Origin: Methanobacteriota archaeon
GTDB taxonomy: Archaea; Thermoplasmatota; Thermoplasmata; SG8-5; JAGLSY01
NCBI GenBank assembly: GCA_020696385.1
Contig: JAEHCQ010000001.1
Coordinates: forward strand, 96,001-160,000
Direction of reading: 5' to 3'
Length of the DNA stretch: 64,000 nt
How positions within the stretch are numbered: the first letter of the stretch is position 1; the number at the start of each line of letters is the position of its first letter. Below the pieces are notes generated by a model that was given only the letters and a program-made list of their open reading frames with translations, had not been told where the DNA came from and ran no database searches. Positions 59,218 through 64,000 of this stretch are shown here, one piece after another. The position numbers and the translations under genes were made by a program.

Positions 59218-60861
59218 ATGAGAACCTTCAAATTATCCCGGAATGTGGTCTTATTGGCCCTGTTGTTCATCATAGTGCTGAACGTCGCCATGAGGTATCC
59301 CACGACACCTCACGAGATAGGTGACGACGGGTTCATGAACCAAGCACTGGCGAAGTACATCACGCAGGAAGGATACGCTTCCTGGCATACCAGTGTGTTC
59401 TCCTTCTTCGGGCTTGGTTCTTTCACCTACCCTGCGGGGTACCAGTTCGTATTATCCGAGGTCTCACAGCTGACTGGCTTCAGTTTGGAGGTCAGTGTGT
59501 TTGTCATTTCCACCTTGGTAGGAGTGTTTGGGGCCTTGTTCGCTTTCATAATGACCAGGGAGATATTCCAGGATGACTTCACCGCTCTGCTTGGAGCTTT
59601 TATTTTCTCAACCGCTCCGCTTTTCCTTAGAATAACAAATTGGAATGCCTCTGCGAGGCAGTTGTTGCTTATGTACATACCACTTCTGGTCTTCTTACTT
59701 CTACGAACAGACCTGGTAAAGAAAGCAGAGAAAAAGAACTTCATTGGCAAGGAAGTTTACATGGCATTGACATTGATATTATTACTTACGATGGGGATGA
59801 TCCACAGATTGGCAATATACCTCTTCCTTGTAATAGTTGCTTTCATGTTCTCGATGATTCTTTTTAAAATGAAAAGAGCCTACACGATAAGAAAAGGAGT
59901 ATTGACCTTCAGAAAGCATGACATAGCGATGATGACCTTCCTGATGCTATGGGGACTGATGATTACTGGATTTATATACATGCAACTGAGTAATTTCGGC
60001 CCTTATGCAGGTATGAATTTATGGTATAAATATCAGAGTGGATTTCTTTTTTCAGGGAGTGACATTCGGACTATATTCATCAATATGGCAATTGATTATG
60101 CAACTAGTTTTGGCATACTATCTGCTTTCGGTGTTCTTGGAGCAATTTACATGTTCCAAAAAAGAGAGAAAAATTATGGCTTTACATTCGTCGTTCTTTC
60201 TATGTTGATACTATCTCCATTATACACAATCGGTCTATACACCCAGATACTTGTATTCACATTTTTCTTTGTTATAATGGTAGTAGGCATAGCAGGCTTG
60301 TTGAATAACAAAAAAATAAGAAAGATAGCAATGCCTATGCTAGTCATTATTATTATTTCTTCAGTAGGGTTTTCAGGCTTCATGATCGGGCATTGGCAAT
60401 CATCTGTAGGTGGAAATTACATGACTGAAAGCGAGTTTAATGCAGCTCTTTATGCCCATGAATATATCAATGATAATGAAACTTTTGTAACTAACAATCA
60501 AGTTTTTGGAAATAGAGTTATTGGGGTTGCAGATGCACAGTTTTTGACAGAAGATTTCGCGTATCCATTGATATATGGCTGGGTTGATAAAGAAGAAGCA
60601 AAAAGAGAATTTGATTTGGATAAAATGATCGAGGAAAAATCAATTATTGTAGTCAGTAATCTGGAAAAAGAAATTCTACACAATGCACGTGCAATAATTT
60701 TATCAGATATTGATGAAACTTTTGCCCTTCAAAGATATTATACTGTGAAATATTCAATAGAAAATACAAAGGCCTTATCAAGTTACACAGCAGAGGAAAG
60801 CATACATTCAAAGCGCTATTGTTTGTATTCAAATGGTATACAAAGTATATGGAAATTGTGA
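59218..60861 (+). CDS. Multi-pass membrane protein, GT-C-like (glycan transferase/polymerase candidate)
   Basis: Roughly 10-12 hydrophobic segments; acidic first external loop (HEIGDDGF) with YPAG; soluble C-terminal domain; lies within the GT operon. Confidence 0.6.
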   Translation: MRTFKLSRNVVLLALLFIIVLNVAMRYPTTPHEIGDDGFMNQALAKYITQEGYASWHTSVFSFFGLGSFTYPAGYQFVLSEVSQLTGFSLEVSVFVISTLVGVFGALFAFIMTREIFQDDFTALLGAFIFSTAPLFLRITNWNASARQLLLMYIPLLVFLLLRTDLVKKAEKKNFIGKEVYMALTLILLLTMGMIHRLAIYLFLVIVAFMFSMILFKMKRAYTIRKGVLTFRKHDIAMMTFLMLWGLMITGFIYMQLSNFGPYAGMNLWYKYQSGFLFSGSDIRTIFINMAIDYATSFGILSAFGVLGAIYMFQKREKNYGFTFVVLSMLILSPLYTIGLYTQILVFTFFFVIMVVGIAGLLNNKKIRKIAMPMLVIIIISSVGFSGFMIGHWQSSVGGNYMTESEFNAALYAHEYINDNETFVTNNQVFGNRVIGVADAQFLTEDFAYPLIYGWVDKEEAKREFDLDKMIEEKSIIVVSNLEKEILHNARAIILSDIDETFALQRYYTVKYSIENTKALSSYTAEESIHSKRYCLYSNGIQSIWKL

Positions 60862-60866
60862 ATTAT

Positions 60867-62018
60867 ATGAAAATTGCCTGGCTGTGTCCATATGATATGA
60901 CAAAAGAAGTTCGTGGTGGTGCAGAGAGACATATCATAAATTTGAAAGATGAGATTGTAAAAAACACAGATGTCGAGCTTCACATTGTCTATTGCACTAA
61001 TAAGAAAAACATGACAGTTCAAAAAGAGGCAGATAATATTACACTCCATCCAATTGATTCTTCAAGCTTACCAATGACAATTAAAGGAATCTTAATAGAT
61101 GATTTTAAGATCATGAAAACCGTCAAAAAAATAGATCCCGATATCATACATGCACAGATGATTGGGGCACCATATGGATTGGCGGCATCATTATTATCAA
61201 AAAAATATCCAACAATTGTAACCGTACATACCATGACCTTCCAGATGAAGAACAAGAAGCGCTCACTGAAAGGGATAATACATGATGTTATTTGGGAAGC
61301 ATTAGAGAAATGGGAAACAAAAAGGATACATGCTTTCATAGCTGTTGCCAATAATTTGGAAATAGAATTGAAAAGGATGAAGGCAGATAATATCACTGTT
61401 ATTCAAAATGGTGTCGAGAAAAAATGGTTTGACATGGATACAACTCCTGTGCCGGGAAGAATCATTTGTGTTGGTAGATTTCAAAAGATCAAAGGCCAAG
61501 ATCATCTACTTAGAGCCATCCATCAGGTCAAAAGCCAGGGAATAGAAATAGAGCTACATTTGATCGGAGGGATCTTTGACCATAAATACTACAATTCTCT
61601 AAAGGTTATGATAGATGAATTGAATATATCAAAAAATGTTGAATTTTTGGTAGATATAAACGATGATGAATTAGAAAAGGAATATGGTGAATCATCAATT
61701 TTCGTTCTACCGTCACGTGAAGAATCACATCCTATTGCGCTTCTGGAAGCGATGGCATCTGGCAAGCCAGTGATCGCAACTGGCGTTGGAGGCGTACCAC
61801 AGATGCTGACAACAGGAAGAGAAGGATATATCATCGAATATGGTGATTCGGATATATTGGCTAAACACTTGCAGACTTTGTTGAATGACGATACTCTAAG
61901 AAAGTCAATGGGGGAAAATGGGCGAGATACAGTTAGCAAAAACAGATGGAACGAGATTTCAGATAAAACATATCAATTATATTTAAATACTTTAAATAAC
62001 TTCAAAAATACTAGGTGA
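60867..62018 (+). CDS. Glycosyltransferase family 4
   Basis: Likely start MKIAWLCPY at 60867; GGAERH, VGRF..IKG and PSREESHPIALLEAMASG. Confidence 0.92.
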   Translation: MKIAWLCPYDMTKEVRGGAERHIINLKDEIVKNTDVELHIVYCTNKKNMTVQKEADNITLHPIDSSSLPMTIKGILIDDFKIMKTVKKIDPDIIHAQMIGAPYGLAASLLSKKYPTIVTVHTMTFQMKNKKRSLKGIIHDVIWEALEKWETKRIHAFIAVANNLEIELKRMKADNITVIQNGVEKKWFDMDTTPVPGRIICVGRFQKIKGQDHLLRAIHQVKSQGIEIELHLIGGIFDHKYYNSLKVMIDELNISKNVEFLVDINDDELEKEYGESSIFVLPSREESHPIALLEAMASGKPVIATGVGGVPQMLTTGREGYIIEYGDSDILAKHLQTLLNDDTLRKSMGENGRDTVSKNRWNEISDKTYQLYLNTLNNFKNTR

Positions 62019-62022
62019 TCCT

Positions 62023-62733
62023 ATGGATGACAAAATTCTATTGGCCTATGAAAAACATGGAATCGGCAAGAAAGATTATGATTTCATGAAAATGATGACA
62101 GACTGGAAGATGCAGAATTGCCTGTCTATACTACCAAATATAAAAATGTCAAAAATAATGGAAATTGGATGTGCTTCTGGAATGATGCTGAAAGAATTTG
62201 ATAAAAGATTAGCAGCGGACATGAACATAGGTCTTGACATGTCTGTCGGGAGTATTGAATTAGCCAAAGTAGAATTCCCAAAGAGTCATTATTTGGTTGG
62301 AGATGGTAAGATACTGCCATTCAAAGACAAATCAATAGACCTCGTAATCGCTAGTGATATAATAGAGCACTATGAAGATCCAGAAGAAGGATTGAAAGAA
62401 ATGCAAAGAATATCAAAATATATAATGTTCAAAATACCATTGGAAAAATGCTTAAAGACCGTTGATGATAAATACGGTGAAGATCACCCCAGTGGCCATT
62501 ATTTTAAATGGGATAAGAAAGGAGCAATAAAGTTATTAAAAAATTCAGGATTGGAAATTATAGATTATAGAGTGGATCATCCAGGCGAGAATATACGATT
62601 TTATAAAGAAAGGTATTTGCGTTACCCATTTCGAAAAGTCCTTATTAAATTTGAAAAGACAATATCAAGACATTTTAAAAATATATACCCATTTTTTTAT
62701 GGCAGTAATCTCTTTGTATTCTGTAAATCATAA
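62023..62733 (+). CDS. Class I SAM-dependent methyltransferase
   Basis: MEIGCASG, GLDMS and LPFKDKSIDLV..SDIIEH; RBS AGGTGA. Confidence 0.9.
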   Translation: MDDKILLAYEKHGIGKKDYDFMKMMTDWKMQNCLSILPNIKMSKIMEIGCASGMMLKEFDKRLAADMNIGLDMSVGSIELAKVEFPKSHYLVGDGKILPFKDKSIDLVIASDIIEHYEDPEEGLKEMQRISKYIMFKIPLEKCLKTVDDKYGEDHPSGHYFKWDKKGAIKLLKNSGLEIIDYRVDHPGENIRFYKERYLRYPFRKVLIKFEKTISRHFKNIYPFFYGSNLFVFCKS

Positions 62734-62756
62734 ATAAATATGATCCGGGTGCCCAA

Positions 62757-63920
62757 ATGAAAAAAATACTGATCTACAGCCCAAGATGGTTCCCCTCGAT
62801 CGGTGGGATGGAGATGCATGTCAAGACACTTGTTGATTCATCCAAATTAAATTTCGAGATCATCACAAGCGCGGCCTCTGGCTATCCGCTTGAAGAATCT
62901 GTTAATGACAGGACCAAACTCACAAGATTCATGCCATTTGACAAGGAAGTGGTTTCAGACTCAAGATCATCCTTGAGCAAGCTTTCATTTCCTAGCAGAC
63001 ACAAAGGAGACAAAAAGAGATTGGAGGATATTCAGAAATACCTGGACAATGCTGAATATGACATATTACACAATCAATATCCGAATATCCCACATACATT
63101 TGCCAAGCTCACTATCATGAAGAACAAGATCATTGGGCATGAGTTCATCGACCTGAAAAGCAAGAAGCCAAAACTGCTGACTGTTCATGGTTTGCTATCG
63201 CCACAATCAGACTGCCAGGCGATTGAGGATTATGAAAAGAAAATAATTAGTTCATATCAGAATATAATTTGTGTAGACAAAAAGGTAGAAGAATTTGTTA
63301 GAAAATTAGATCCTCATAAAAATATTTGGAATATACCAAATTCAATCAATACCTCTAAATTCTCATTCAAGCCAAAATCCGCAAACAAGGAAAAGTTACA
63401 GGTCGGATTTGTCGGCCGCCTCGAATCTTCCAGGGGAGTGGAATTGCTTGAAAAACTGGTAGAATCAAAACCAGAATACATTGACCTGCACATCATTGGC
63501 TCTGGAAATCAGATCATGGTGGATAAGTTCATTAAAAAATGCACAGGAGCAAACATCAATTTCCAAAAAAATATACCCAATGATGAACTACCTAGCTTCC
63601 TTCAATCAATGGATGTGCTTTTCAATCCAGTAATGGTTGAAGGAATATCCAGAATATCATTGGAAGCCATGTCATGTGGCACTCCTCCGATCATGCTTGA
63701 CAAAGGAGATAGAAAACCTGTAAATCACGGAGAAACAGGTTATCTTGTCAAGCCAGATATTGAGCCGATCAAAGAGCAGTTGATAAATATACAAAAATCT
63801 AAAGAAGACCTAGCAAAGATATCAAAGAATGCAAGAAAGGCTGTTGAGAAAGAATTTAGTAATGATGTCATCATTCCGAAGATAGAAGCAGTTTACAATA
63901 AAATACTGGAGGGAAAGTGA
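62757..63920 (+). CDS. Glycosyltransferase family 4
   Basis: FPSIGGMEMH, FVGRL..SRG and EGISRISLEAMSCG. Confidence 0.9.
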   Translation: MKKILIYSPRWFPSIGGMEMHVKTLVDSSKLNFEIITSAASGYPLEESVNDRTKLTRFMPFDKEVVSDSRSSLSKLSFPSRHKGDKKRLEDIQKYLDNAEYDILHNQYPNIPHTFAKLTIMKNKIIGHEFIDLKSKKPKLLTVHGLLSPQSDCQAIEDYEKKIISSYQNIICVDKKVEEFVRKLDPHKNIWNIPNSINTSKFSFKPKSANKEKLQVGFVGRLESSRGVELLEKLVESKPEYIDLHIIGSGNQIMVDKFIKKCTGANINFQKNIPNDELPSFLQSMDVLFNPVMVEGISRISLEAMSCGTPPIMLDKGDRKPVNHGETGYLVKPDIEPIKEQLINIQKSKEDLAKISKNARKAVEKEFSNDVIIPKIEAVYNKILEGK

Positions 63921-63921
63921 T

Positions 63922-64000
63922 TTGAAAGCCAAGACAATGATCGGAATAATCGATGACCAGACACCGGAATTCAAAGTCATGGTGGAGCTTCTAAATCTCA
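63922..64000 (+). CDS. Start of the next operon gene, truncated by the window edge (hypothetical)
   Basis: GGAGG at 63908-63912, then an open frame TTG-KAKTMIGIIDDQTPEFKVMVELLNL to the end of the window. Confidence 0.55.
   Translation, partial: MKAKTMIGIIDDQTPEFKVMVELLNL

Noticed and set aside
40683-63496. Short ORFs nested in or antisense to the 4903-aa gene and the right-hand operon
   Set aside because: They fully overlap well-supported genes and show no independent coding signals.

Overview
Archaeal DNA, most likely an uncultured Thermoplasmatota lineage (inferred from eIF5A next to agmatinase, BRE/TATA promoters, GGAGGTG RBSs and an archaeal RNase P RNA). About 53 of the 64 kb encode three giant cell-surface proteins. 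On the minus strand are two paralogous, translationally coupled Ig-repeat/vWA adhesin-like genes: an 8670-aa gene and a >4190-aa gene that runs off the left edge and is missing from the ORF track. On the plus strand is a divergently transcribed 4903-aa CARDB/jelly-roll/PKD protein with nested domain insertions, a transmembrane helix and a cytoplasmic acidic/SHOCT-like tail. The 1.7-kb divergent spacer holds an unannotated RNase P RNA gene (rnpB, minus strand) with an extra P5.1-like helix. Downstream of rnpB lies a tandem array (92+92+78+78 bp) that reiterates the rnpB 3' end and carries two perfect 15-nt antisense copies of it. The right end encodes eIF5A, agmatinase and the start of a surface-glycosylation operon (deacetylase, DUF354, three GT4s, a GT-C-like membrane protein, a methyltransferase). 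All domain calls are by eye from motifs; no searches were run.
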